64,000 bases of DNA from an uncultured Gemmatimonadaceae bacterium. Its GTDB lineage: Bacteria > Gemmatimonadota > Gemmatimonadetes > Gemmatimonadales > Gemmatimonadaceae. A program made the translations under genes and the position numbers. Shown here piece after piece: positions 10,216 to 19,910 of this stretch (its first letter is position 1; the number at the start of each line of letters is the position of its first letter). The notes under the pieces are model-generated. The model was given only the letters and a program-made list of their open reading frames with translations. It was not told the origin of the DNA and ran no database searches. Where the stretch lies: positions 256,001 through 320,000 of the forward strand of contig CAWGJO010000021.1 in the NCBI GenBank assembly GCA_963822945.1, written 5' to 3'.

Positions 10216-11403
10216 CTAGGAGTGCTCGATGCGCACCGGCAGGAAGTTCTTGCCGGTGGAAAACGGCATGCTCGCGACCTCGATGGGCACGCGCCACCAG
10301 AACAGGTGCTCCGTTCGGTTCTTCGCCCAAATCGCGAGCACGATGGTGCCCACGCTGCCGTTGATGGCCACGGCCTCGGTGGTGACGCTGAGCGTGTGCT
10401 TCCCCGGTTTTAGATCCACGTGGGTGCCATAGGCGCGGTTCGTGGCCTGGAAGTACATGTCAGGATCCCGCGAGTCGTAGATGGCGATGTCGATCTCGAT
10501 GTCCTCGTAGGCCTGCGTGCAGGTGTACGGCAGGGTGAACGTGAACGAGCCGCCCGACGGGAGATTGCGGTCCGACAGCTCCACGTTCTCGAACTGGACG
10601 TGGTCCCCGCCGTTCAACAGCCGCTCGATGGCCTCCTCGCCCTCGCCCATGAACAGGCGCGTGTACTCGCGAATGCCGTCGAACACGTTGTCGTAGCGCT
10701 CGAAGTCCCCCTTGTTCAGCAACGCCACCCAGTCCACGAAACTGGCGATGGTGTGCATGTTGTGGGACACGACGATGAAGCTCGTTCCGTTCTTGCGAAA
10801 TCCGACATCTTGCGGAAGCACTTGGTTTGAAAGCCACGATCGCCCACGGCCAGCACTTCGTCCACCAACATGATGTCGGGCCGCGAGTGCACCGCGACGG
10901 CAAAACCCAAACGAACGAACATGCCACTGGAATAGTGTTTCACCGGCGTGTCGATGAATTCCCCAATCTCGGCGAACTCCACGATGCTGTCGAAGCTCTC
11001 GTCCAGCTCCGCTTTGTTCATGCCCAGGATCGCGCCGTTGATGTAGACGTTCTCGCGTCCGGTCAACAGCGGATGAAAGCCTGCGCCCACGGCTATCAGT
11101 GCGCCCACGCGACCGCGCACGTGGATGGCGCCCTTGTCCGGCCAGAATGCCATTCACCATCTTGAGCAGAGTGGTCTTGCCGGAGCCGTTGGGGCCGATC
11201 AACCCGATGCTTTGACCGCGCTCCACTTCGAAGCTGACGTCCCGAACCGCCCAGAACTCTTGCTTGCGCAGCACCTCGGAGCGCGAACGCATTCCGACGG
11301 CGTTGCGCGACAAGTCCTCCAACCCGTACAGCATGGAACGCCGCAGGTCCTTGCAGTACTTCTTGGAGACGTTTTCGACGGCGATTACCAGATCGTCGCG
11401 CAC
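10216..11403 (-). CDS. wzt: Polysaccharide ABC exporter ATPase with C-terminal domain (two frameshifts)
   Basis: [46 protein letters not shown]. Confidence 0.92.
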   Translation of the reverse strand: MRDDLVIAVENVSKKYCKDLRRSMLYGLEDLSRNAVGMRSRSEVLRKQEFWAVRDVSFEVERGQSIGLIGPNGSGKTTLLKMVNGILAGQGRHPRARSRGRTDSRGRRLSSAVDRTRERLHQRRDPGHEQSGAGRELRQHRGVRRDWGIHRHAGETLFQWHVRSFGFCRRGALAARHHVGGRSAGRGRSWLSNQVLPQDVGFRKNGTSFIVVSHNMHTIASFVDWVALLNKGDFERYDNVFDGIREYTRLFMGEGEEAIERLLNGGDHVQFENVELSDRNLPSGGSFTFTLPYTCTQAYEDIEIDIAIYDSRDPDMYFQATNRAYGTHVDLKPGKHTLSVTTEAVAINGSVGTIVLAIWAKNRTEHLFWWRVPIEVASMPFSTGKNFLPVRIEHS

Positions 11404-11406
11404 GAG

Positions 11407-12339
11407 TCAGATCCGTTCCGCGATACGGGTTTCCGTCAGGTGGAAACCGACCAGGGCCACCGCAAATACTCCGATTGCGACGGCGGAGGAGATGGCGAAG
11501 CCCATGGGTGTGCTCATGTGGCCCAGCAGGACCAGATCCCGCGGGCCCTGCACCAAGTAGTAGAGCGGGTTGTACTGCGTGATGGTGTCGAGCAGGCGCG
11601 CAAGTTGCGGCGCGTCGGGACCCAGGACCGGCCGGTCGTACAGCACCGGGGTCAGGAGCATCAGGAAGGTGACCACCATACCCAGCATGGTGCCGATGTC
11701 GCGCGCGATGCCATTGAGCAAGGCCAGGTAAAAAGACAGACCCAGCGTGAACAGCGCCATGGGCACCAAGGTAACGGGTGCGAGCAGCAAGCCTGCAGTC
11801 AGCGGCGGCGTGTAGCCCCGGGTTGCGTAGTAGCCGAATAGTATACCGAGCAACAGGAGCACGATCAGGAACGACACCACGGTGCGGCCCATGGACGCGA
11901 TGATCAGCGACTTCTTCGAGAAGTTGATGCGCGAGATCATCTCGCCGCCTTGCACCAGAGAGTTGGCGCCAGCCACCAAGCCTTGTGAAAAGAGCTGCCA
12001 GATGCCGATGCCCAGCACCGCGTACACCGGGTACGGTGCGGCCATCTTGCCTACGGCGACCACTCCGGAGCCCTTGAGCAGGACGAAGGTGCCGACGGTG
12101 ACCAGCGGTACGAACACCACCCAAAACACACCGAGGAGCGACTGTTTGTAGAACGCGAACATGTCGCGTTTGAACAACTGCAGCGTGAGCCAGCGCGTTG
12201 TGAGCAGCTCCACGACGATGTCTTTGACGATGGACAGGTAGCCGTGCCGCACCGAGTTGTCGGGCAGGTAGGTCACGACTTTCTGGGACTCGGCTCGTAG
12301 CTCAGCGCGGGGCAAGGTTCCCTCGGAACGGACGGTCAA
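11407..12339 (-). CDS. wzm: Polysaccharide ABC exporter permease
   Basis: YKQSLLGVFW, RDIG, LTPVLY, YNPL; multiple TM helices; adjacent to wzt. Confidence 0.9.
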   Translation of the reverse strand: MTVRSEGTLPRAELRAESQKVVTYLPDNSVRHGYLSIVKDIVVELLTTRWLTLQLFKRDMFAFYKQSLLGVFWVVFVPLVTVGTFVLLKGSGVVAVGKMAAPYPVYAVLGIGIWQLFSQGLVAGANSLVQGGEMISRINFSKKSLIIASMGRTVVSFLIVLLLLGILFGYYATRGYTPPLTAGLLLAPVTLVPMALFTLGLSFYLALLNGIARDIGTMLGMVVTFLMLLTPVLYDRPVLGPDAPQLARLLDTITQYNPLYYLVQGPRDLVLLGHMSTPMGFAISSAVAIGVFAVALVGFHLTETRIAERI

Positions 12340-12370
12340 GGCGCGCGCGAATTAGCACGCGGCGGGCTCA

Positions 12371-12386
12371 AGCACAACTCGTGCCA
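12371..12386 (-). promoter_or_regulatory. Sigma54 (-24/-12) promoter TGGCACGAGTTGTGCT for wzm-wzt-GT2
   Basis: TGGCACG plus GC with correct GG-N10-GC spacing about 30 nt upstream of wzm. Confidence 0.6.
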
Positions 12387-12537
12387 AACGGGTGCCCGTC
12401 CAATGGCGCGGCGGCGCCACCCGCGGTGATGCCGGCGGACAACAGTGGGCTCGAACCGCCCACGTCCATTGCGACCAACTGCGAGTGAGCGCGAGTTGCG
12501 CGCCGGTCCGAGTTCTGCATAGTTCCCGCTTTGGTTC

Positions 12538-13479
12538 ATGGCAGAATGCGCACATCCGGATGACGAAGGCCAGCTCCAGCGGCCGACATTTTCCATAATC
12601 CTTTGCACGCGCAATCGCGCCAAGCTCCTGAAGAATGCCCTCGAGAGCTTGTTGCGCATCGATTTCCCGCCGGAGGACTTCGAGCTGTGCCTGGTGGACA
12701 ATGGCTCCACCGACGACACCGCCAAAGTGGCGGAGGACTTCGCCCAGAGCGCTCCCTTCGAGGTGCGCTACGTCCTGGAAACGAAAGTGGGTCTGTCGGC
12801 GGCGCGCAACCGCGGCATCCGGGAAGCGCGGGGCCGGTACTTGTTCTTCACCGACGATGATCAGCTCGTGGATCCTGCGGTCTTGCGCGAACATCTCCGG
12901 GTTGCAGAGACCTACGACGCTCGAGCGGTTCAGGGGGCGATTGCCCTGGATTTTCCCGAAGGTCGCCCCGCGTGGCTGCGGGGTCCTCTGGCCGTGATCT
13001 TGGGGCAGACCCGCGACGCGGCCGAGGGGCCGTCTTCCATCGACATGTATGGTGGAAACATGGTTTTCCGCCGCGACATGTTCGATGAGGTGGACGCTTT
13101 TCGCGAGGACCTGGGCAAGGGCGCTGCCGGCTATTCGGAGGACATCGAGATCACTCGGCGGCTGCGCGAGCGCGGAGAGCCGATCGTGTACGCGCCGACG
13201 GCGCGCATCTATCACGTGATCGGTCCGGATCGGTCGTCCGCCAAGTTTTTGCGCGAAAACTCGCTCGAGAAGGGCTACTCGGACGGCCTGATCGCCAAGG
13301 GCAGCCGCGTGCGCCGGATCGCGACGGGCTTGGCGGAGGCGATGTTCCATGGTGCCGTGGCCGTCGTGACGATCCCCAATCGCCACCGCAGCGTCTTGGC
13401 GCAGACGCGCGCCTTGACGCACGTGGGCCGGCTCCTGGGTCTGCTGAAGGCAGCTCGAACGGAGGCGTTCGGGCGATGA
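12538..13479 (+). CDS. Glycosyltransferase family 2
   Basis: SIILCTRNR, VDNGSTDDT, ARNRGI, FTDDD, SEDIE. Confidence 0.92.
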   Translation: MAECAHPDDEGQLQRPTFSIILCTRNRAKLLKNALESLLRIDFPPEDFELCLVDNGSTDDTAKVAEDFAQSAPFEVRYVLETKVGLSAARNRGIREARGRYLFFTDDDQLVDPAVLREHLRVAETYDARAVQGAIALDFPEGRPAWLRGPLAVILGQTRDAAEGPSSIDMYGGNMVFRRDMFDEVDAFREDLGKGAAGYSEDIEITRRLRERGEPIVYAPTARIYHVIGPDRSSAKFLRENSLEKGYSDGLIAKGSRVRRIATGLAEAMFHGAVAVVTIPNRHRSVLAQTRALTHVGRLLGLLKAARTEAFGR

Positions 13480-14420
13480 GGATGGCGGTGCTGGTGACCA
13501 CCTACGGGCGGCGCGACTACCTCCAGCGCTGTCTCGATTCCCTGCTCTCGCAAGAGCGGCTCCCGGACGAGATAGTGATCGTGACGCGCGTAGGAGACGC
13601 GCCCACCGAGGAGTTGGTGGGAGGGCTGTTGCAGAGCTACTCGGGGCCGGTCTCACTGTGTCACGGCCGCGTGGAAGAGCCCGGAGTACTCGCGGCGAAC
13701 CGCGTAGGCATGAAGCTCGTCACCGCCGACACCGTCAGCTTCATCGACGACGACGCGCGAGCTCATCCCGACTGGCTCGCACGCATAGAAAAGTGGTTCG
13801 AGTCGGATCCCACGATCGGTGCGGTGGGCGGGCGCGACATCACCCATACCGACAACGGCATCGTGGCGCATCGCGCGCGCACGGTGGCTCGCATCTACTG
13901 GTACGGACGCATCGTGGGCAACCACGAGAGCATTTACCCGCGTTCGAGTGAAGCGCAGCACCTGAAGGGCGTGAACATGAGCTTTCGGCGGGAGCTGATG
14001 GCGCCTTTCGACGAGCTCATCCTGGGCAACGCGCATCACTACGAAACCGACCTTTGCTTTGCCGTTCGAAACAGCGGCTATCGCATCATCTTCGATGGTC
14101 GCATCCTGGTGGACCACTTCGTGGACGCGCCGCGCCACTTGTCTGGCAATCAGGCGGGAGCCGACGTGAAGCGCAAGTTCTTCATGCATCACAATCGCGT
14201 GTACGTGATGCTGAAGAACCTCGACCCTGGGCGCAGCGGCGCTTTCCTGTTCTACACCTTCGTAATCGACGGCGTTTCGGAGCTCGCGCGGATCGCAGCG
14301 CGTCGCCCCGGGACCAGCCTGGCCATTCTCGGATCCATGTACCGGGGAAAGATCGCCGGCCTCAAGGACTACGCCCGCGCCCGCTGGCGCAAGCGCCGCG
14401 CGAACCCGCGGAACGACTGA
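13476..14420 (+). CDS. Glycosyltransferase family 2
   Basis: VLVTTYGR, FIDDDA, KGVNMSFRRE, YETDLC; ATGA coupling. Confidence 0.9.
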   Translation: MRMAVLVTTYGRRDYLQRCLDSLLSQERLPDEIVIVTRVGDAPTEELVGGLLQSYSGPVSLCHGRVEEPGVLAANRVGMKLVTADTVSFIDDDARAHPDWLARIEKWFESDPTIGAVGGRDITHTDNGIVAHRARTVARIYWYGRIVGNHESIYPRSSEAQHLKGVNMSFRRELMAPFDELILGNAHHYETDLCFAVRNSGYRIIFDGRILVDHFVDAPRHLSGNQAGADVKRKFFMHHNRVYVMLKNLDPGRSGAFLFYTFVIDGVSELARIAARRPGTSLAILGSMYRGKIAGLKDYARARWRKRRANPRND

Positions 14421-14431
14421 CCTGCCGGGCG

Positions 14432-14976
14432 GCAGTGGGCAAGACGGACCGGCCACGGCGCTCTCGGGGGACCCAGGACGGCAGCCCGTCGCGAAAAGAC
14501 AAGCGCGAGGTGTACGAGCGGGACCACGCGCAGTGCGCCTACGTCTCGGAGGACGGCGTGCGCTGCGCGTCCAAAGCGTTTCTTCAGTACGACCATGTCG
14601 AGCCGCGGGCTCTCGGCGGCAGCGGCAAGGCCGACGAGAGCCGGCTGCTCTGCCAGAGAGCACAACTTGCATCACGCAAAACAGGTTTTCGGCCGGGAGC
14701 CCGTGGAGCGAGCGATGGACTTGCGCCAGCGAAAGTCACAGCCAGCCGAACTGGGTCCCGCGGAGCAGAAGCGGCAAAAGCTCCTCGCCGCGCTCATGGC
14801 GCAGGGCTTCAAGAAGGCCGAGAGCAAGCAGGTCGTGGCCAACGTGGCGCGCGACGCGACCTCGTCCATGGAAGAGCTGCTCCGCCGTGCGCTCGCGTTG
14901 CTCGTTCCGGGATGACTTCAGCGCCACCGTCGACGTCGCGCTGGAAAAGCGCACCCACTAAGGTGTGAGGAGAGCC
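14432..14976 (+). mobile_element. 5'-truncated copy of the TIR-bounded HNH element (HNH and C-terminal domain fragment plus downstream TIR 14952-14976)
   Basis: Colinear high identity with the reverse complement of 38521-39069; ends in CACCCACTAAGGTGTGAGGAGAGCC, identical to the downstream end of the full copy. Confidence 0.85.
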
Positions 14977-14982
14977 AGATTT

Positions 14983-15013
14983 TGTTGGTCTTCCGCGAAA
15001 GCGCCACGGACGC
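14983..15013. repeat. REP-like repeat unit adjacent to the element end
   Basis: TGTTGGTCTTCCGCGAAAGCGCCACGGACGC aligns with 5977-6007. Confidence 0.6.
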
Positions 15014-15499
15014 TCAGAAGTAGTCCGTCGGGTCCAAGTCGCGGAACTCGCAGTAGGCCACCAGGTCGGCGCGAATCAGCCGGAGAGCGATGGCGACGGC
15101 CAGCACGTCGTCGAGTTGGCCGATGCCCGGTATGGCGTCGGGGATCAGGTCCGTGGGGCTGATGAAGTACAGCGCCGCCGCCACGGCCACGGCCAGCGTG
15201 TACCAGCGCACCCGCCGATAGCGCCCCGCCCAATAGTCGTCCACCAGATCCAAGAGCAGGCGCACGCGATTGGTGAGCTTCTGCATGCGATCGGGGATCT
15301 CGCGCAGTTTTTCGAACACCATCTGCCGCGATTCGTGCAGCCGGTCGAGCTGACGATGACGGAGATTGCGCGTCGCCCGGCGCAGCACTTCCAGGATGCG
15401 CTTGTCGTCCGTCAGCGGCTCCGACACCGGTGCCGCAGCCGACGGCGGCGCGCTGTCGGCACCATTGGCAGATTCGGCAACATCGGAATGTCCAGCCAT
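15014..15499 (-). CDS. DUF1232 (YkvA-like) protein
   Basis: ALYFISPTDLIPDAIPGIGQLDD signature. Confidence 0.9.
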   Translation of the reverse strand: MAGHSDVAESANGADSAPPSAAAPVSEPLTDDKRILEVLRRATRNLRHRQLDRLHESRQMVFEKLREIPDRMQKLTNRVRLLLDLVDDYWAGRYRRVRWYTLAVAVAAALYFISPTDLIPDAIPGIGQLDDVLAVAIALRLIRADLVAYCEFRDLDPTDYF

Positions 15500-15559
15500 G
15501 AAATTCACCCTACCACCCTGCCCGGGCGAAACAACGGCTGGACGCCCCCAGTCCGGACC

Positions 15560-16589
15560 TCAGAGGCAACCGTCGAGCTGCGCGCCTTCGCGGATCCAGC
15601 GTTGGATCAGGAGCATCCGATCACGTGGGTGCTCGGCGTCCAGACTGATGCCAAGGGGCATGGGCTCCCCCCGCACGAACCACTCGCGCAGCCGCGTGTC
15701 TTCCTTCGGCGGCGGTGGCGGGCACAGCCCATCGGGGCCGAAGCCGACCTGATAGCGCGTCACGCACACCGTCGCCGGCTCAGCGGACGTGCGAAACGAG
15801 TCAGTTTTCCGCAGCAGCTTGTACATCAGATAGCTGTTGTAGGGCCGCCCCGGATCGATGATCGGCATGCTCACGCCGAGGCGCGCCGGGCTCTCGAGCA
15901 CCACGCCAGTCTTGCCGCCGATCTCGGTTTCGTGAGCCGGACGGTCGATCGCGGTCACGACGATCCCCGCCGCGGAGTCGAGCACCAGTCCCATGGGGGG
16001 ACTGCCTTCCGACGAGTGGCACGCCGCGCTCGCGCAGCCACCGTTTTGGGCGGCGAACGCCGCGAGGGCGAGCTCGCAGGTGACGGGCGCCTCGTCTTCG
16101 GGTGGCGGAGGCGGATCCACCTTCGCGGTTCGGAAATCGAACTTCAACGGCACCGGCCCTTCGCCCAGAGGCGCGCCGTCGAAGGCGCGGAAACCAAATG
16201 ACCCGTCGTCCGTGGGAACCACCAGCTCCACGGTGTAGAGCACGCCGGGCAGATACCAGCCGCCGTCGGAGAGACGGAACGAGAGCACCCGTTCCACCAT
16301 GTCGTACTCCGGCTGAAGAAATACGCCGAGGTCCGGGTCGCCGGTGAAGACGTGAAGCGACTGACGGACCGCGGTCTCGGGCAACAGGTAGCGGTCGAAC
16401 CGGATCTGGATCACGGCATCCCGCGGGACACCGCAGTCCGCGGGGCTCGACACGCGTACACTCGGTGCCGGCTTCGGGCTCCGGGTAGATCGCCACCGCG
16501 TGCAGCGGCGGACCCACACCCTCGTCCAGATCTGGCGAACCTTGATCGCAACTCGCCGCCGAGAGGGCGACGGCTGCGAGGAAAATCAG
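15560..16589 (-). CDS. Lipoprotein with Ig-like domain and CX4CH putative heme-c motif (one frameshift, start codon uncertain)
   Basis: IFLAAVALSAASC lipobox; VPRDAVIQIRFDRYLLP; GCASAACH; IDPGRPYNSYLMYKL; terminal IQRWIREGA. Confidence 0.65.
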
Positions 16590-16840
16590 CTCTCGGAGTA
16601 GAGGTTGAGCTGATCGCGGACGGTGTCCTCGGTCACGCCGCTGCGGATGTGCTCCTTGAGGCAGTCCGCGAGCGTGATCAGGAGGTCGTCCACGCCCTTT
16701 TCCTCGATGATCTTCGACAGCAGCCTGCGGGCTTCTTTGCTGTCGTCCTCCCGGAGGAACTCGCGCACCTTCTCGACGGAGATATCTCCCTGAAAATCCA
16801 GGTACATATTTGTCAGAAGATAGCGAACCAGCTCCTTCAA
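16586..16840 (-). CDS. Small acidic helical protein of unknown function (84 aa, MKELVRYLLTN…)
   Basis: TTG start behind a strong AAGGAGG RBS; strongly biased codons; operon position. Confidence 0.8.
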   Translation of the reverse strand: MKELVRYLLTNMYLDFQGDISVEKVREFLREDDSKEARRLLSKIIEEKGVDDLLITLADCLKEHIRSGVTEDTVRDQLNLYSES

Positions 16841-16963
16841 AGGGCGCCTCCTTGGAGTCCGGCAGGCCGTGGCCGGAAGGCCCATGCCTATACCCGCCGG
16901 GCGAACGGTCGCGCAAGCGGATTGCGGCCCTCGCCCCCGTTTTCCTGGTCGGCCGGCGAGCCA

Positions 16964-18328
16964 TCAGCGGCACTCCAGGAGCTGGGGATCGGCAGGATCG
17001 TGGCAAACCAGGCACGGACGGGCGTTTTTGCGCAGTGCCGTACGGCATCGGCTGCGGAAGTCCGACGGATGCGGATTGGTGCCCTGACCCATGAGCCCCC
17101 CGGGCCCTCGGCCCCCGACCCGGGTGCTGGCGTGGCACAGGGCGCAGTCGCGCTCCACGTGGCAGCTGACACAAGCCTCGATGTTGCGCTGTGCCTCCCA
17201 GGCGTGGTGCCCGGCGGTCCTGGGTGGATCGGTCCACACGCTCTTGGGCGGGTGGAAGCGACCGCGACCCGCGAACGCCGCATAGGGGCCGCTCAGGGTG
17301 ACCCCCGCTCTTTGGTGGCACGAGACGCAGAACGACTGAGCGCGGTGGCAGCTCGAGCAACGCGGGCTGTTCTGCCGCGCCGCCGTGGGGTGCATGCTGA
17401 TCCAGTCGTTGGGATGCACCTTGCGCGGACGCACTCGGCCATCGTGGCAGTCGGTGCAGTCCTTCTCGGAGTGACAGCTGCTGCAAAACTGACTGTCGTT
17501 CCCGGCCACCTCTCGATGACGCAGGATCCAATCCGGCCCGTGGCCGGCGTCGTGTAGCCAGCGCGGGGGCACCAGCTTGCCCGAAACGAACGCGGTCTTC
17601 ATCACACCGCCTCGCTCCGTCAGGTGGCAATTGTCACAGGCGCCCCTGGCTTTGCCGGCCGCGGGCCCCGACATCTGGTGGCACGAAAAGCATCCGCGCA
17701 TGCGCGGCATCTGGTCGCGCGTCGCCAGCTCTATGCTGTCCACCTGGCCGTGGCATTGGGCGCACGCGATGTTCCGCGCCAAGTGCGCCGCATGGTTCAT
17801 CTTGAGGTTGGGGGTCGGAAGCACGAGCCGCTCTACCCGGTTGCCCGCCTTGGGGTCGTAGCCCACGTGGCAGAACGCGCACTGACCGATGAGCTCGTCC
17901 GCGTTGGTGGTGACGGCATCCAGATTTCGATGATCGCTGCCGTGGCATGCATCGCAACGCGTGGCGGGGGGCAACAGACGGTCCTTCGACCGCTTGCTGG
18001 TCTTCGCCGCTTCGTGACAGCCGGTACAGGGGATGCCCAACTGGCGCACGTGCTTCTTGTGATTGAAGCGGATGGTGAGGCGCTGCGGCGGGAAAATCCC
18101 GGGGCTCGGGCCACGGCCAGCCTCCGCGCCCGGCGGCCTGTCCACCAAGGGGACCGGCGCGTCGCCGGGCAGCGGTGCCAGGCCATGCACGGAGGCGGCC
18201 GCGACGGACCCGGTCGGCGCCGCGACGGCCGGACCGGGGCGGGCTCGCGCCGGACCGACATCAAAGAAAATGCCGAAACCGAGAGCGGCCACGCAGGCCA
18301 TCAGGAAAAACCAGGTGGAGCGCTTCAT
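16964..18328 (-). CDS. Exported multiheme cytochrome c (13 CxxCH motifs, cytochrome c3/c7-like)
   Basis: Signal peptide; 13 counted CxxCH motifs; FNHKKH and MNHAAH distal-His motifs. Confidence 0.92.
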   Translation of the reverse strand: MKRSTWFFLMACVAALGFGIFFDVGPARARPGPAVAAPTGSVAAASVHGLAPLPGDAPVPLVDRPPGAEAGRGPSPGIFPPQRLTIRFNHKKHVRQLGIPCTGCHEAAKTSKRSKDRLLPPATRCDACHGSDHRNLDAVTTNADELIGQCAFCHVGYDPKAGNRVERLVLPTPNLKMNHAAHLARNIACAQCHGQVDSIELATRDQMPRMRGCFSCHQMSGPAAGKARGACDNCHLTERGGVMKTAFVSGKLVPPRWLHDAGHGPDWILRHREVAGNDSQFCSSCHSEKDCTDCHDGRVRPRKVHPNDWISMHPTAARQNSPRCSSCHRAQSFCVSCHQRAGVTLSGPYAAFAGRGRFHPPKSVWTDPPRTAGHHAWEAQRNIEACVSCHVERDCALCHASTRVGGRGPGGLMGQGTNPHPSDFRSRCRTALRKNARPCLVCHDPADPQLLECR

Positions 18329-19833
18329 TTGAGCACCGTGACGTCGACGGTGGCGAGCACGCGGTAACGCTGGCCCACCAAGCGGTTCATGCTGTGCTCC
18401 CACTCCAGCCCGACACGAGTGCGCGAAAGCGGCGAGTAGCCTCCGCCCAGCACGTAGCTGAAGCTGGTGGCATCTCGCTGCGGGCGCAGCGCATCGCTCC
18501 AGTCGTACAAGGACAGCACCACCATTGCATCGTACAGTCCGTAGTCGAACGCTTGGCGGGTAGTAACGTCGCCGCCCACCCGGTGGCCGCGATCCCCGGT
18601 CTCCCCCGTGCCGCGCAGCTCCACGCTACCCTCCTGCCAGCGATAGCGACCGCCCGCTGTTCCGAGAGCGTCCGCCATCAACCCCGACTCGCTGCGGTCC
18701 GCCGTGCTCGCGTAGGTGTCGGCGTTGCCTTCGGTGCGAAACAGGCGCGCGCCCCCCGACAGCGCCACATCGAAACGCCGTGATGCACGGTACTCGGCCC
18801 GGCCTAGATACGTGGTGGTGGCCTCGTGAGTAAACCAGTTGAAGATGGAGTCCGCGTCGAAGGTCGGAAAGTAGTAGTCGTAGTCCGCACCCACGGTGAG
18901 CTTGTCGGTCGCGTACCAGTCGGCGGCCAGGGCATGCTCGCTGAAGATTTGGTTGTAGAAGTCGTACACGACGCTGCCGCGGACGGCCCCCAGGCTGGCC
19001 GTGGAGAGGCGCGCGGAGTAGCCGATTCGCTCGCTGGAAACGCGATCCCCGCCCACGGTGACGAAGCCGCCGCCGGCGTCCGCAAACGGCGAGACGACGA
19101 CCGTGTCGCGGTTGATCACCTTGCGATAGGAAAGCCGGCCGTGCACCCACGACACGCCGCTGCTCTCGATGGCGAAGCCGTAGGCGGGAGCGAGCTGGGA
19201 TTCCTCCAGGTAGTACGGATATTGACTGGCCTCCAGCTCGCTGCGGTTGCCTCGGTACACGCCGTCGGCGGTGTAGCGCGAGGTCGCGAGCAGAGCGGGT
19301 AGACCCCCGCGTTGCTCGAAGCCTCCGTAGGCCTCCACCTGGAAGTAGGCCGGCGTCGTGATACGCAACAAGCCACCGTCGAAGGACCACCAGCCGAGGG
19401 CATCCGTCGTGTACTGGCGCCCCAGTCGGAATCCGAGCCAGCCGCCCAGATAGCGTTCGCCCTCCAGGTAGGCGTACATCACGTCCACGGGCGAGCGCTC
19501 CAGACCCGGGATGAAGCGCCCCGAGTTGTTCGGGTTCAGCTCCCCACCTTCTTGGCCAAAATCCGAGTCGAGCCGCATGCGCAGCTTGAAGCTCAGCCGC
19601 GGACCGAAGCCGACGCCGTCACCACCGATGTCGTACACCCCGAGGCCCAGGGTCTGGGTGTAGCGACGGCGGCGTACGATGGGATCGCCGTAGGGGCTGG
19701 CGAGGGTGTAGAACTGCGCGTCGGTAGTGGACTGCACCTCTGCTTCCATCGCCCGCGCGCGGGCCGGAGCCAGCACAAAAGCCAGGGTCAAGCAAAGACC
19801 CGCCGCCGCCGTACCTCTGGGCGCGGCCCTCAT
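18325..19833 (-). CDS. Putative outer-membrane beta-barrel protein
   Basis: Signal peptide ending ARARA; Tyr/Gly-rich alternating strands (FRLGRQY, YRVLATVDV); ATGA-coupled to the cytochrome. Confidence 0.7.
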   Translation of the reverse strand: MRAAPRGTAAAGLCLTLAFVLAPARARAMEAEVQSTTDAQFYTLASPYGDPIVRRRRYTQTLGLGVYDIGGDGVGFGPRLSFKLRMRLDSDFGQEGGELNPNNSGRFIPGLERSPVDVMYAYLEGERYLGGWLGFRLGRQYTTDALGWWSFDGGLLRITTPAYFQVEAYGGFEQRGGLPALLATSRYTADGVYRGNRSELEASQYPYYLEESQLAPAYGFAIESSGVSWVHGRLSYRKVINRDTVVVSPFADAGGGFVTVGGDRVSSERIGYSARLSTASLGAVRGSVVYDFYNQIFSEHALAADWYATDKLTVGADYDYYFPTFDADSIFNWFTHEATTTYLGRAEYRASRRFDVALSGGARLFRTEGNADTYASTADRSESGLMADALGTAGGRYRWQEGSVELRGTGETGDRGHRVGGDVTTRQAFDYGLYDAMVVLSLYDWSDALRPQRDATSFSYVLGGGYSPLSRTRVGLEWEHSMNRLVGQRYRVLATVDVTVLK

Positions 19834-19910
19834 CCAACCGTCTCGTCCGCGCCGCCGAGCACGAAAGCGAGGATCGTCGACGCCACGCGGCGCTGTCAAC
19901 TGCGGTCGTG

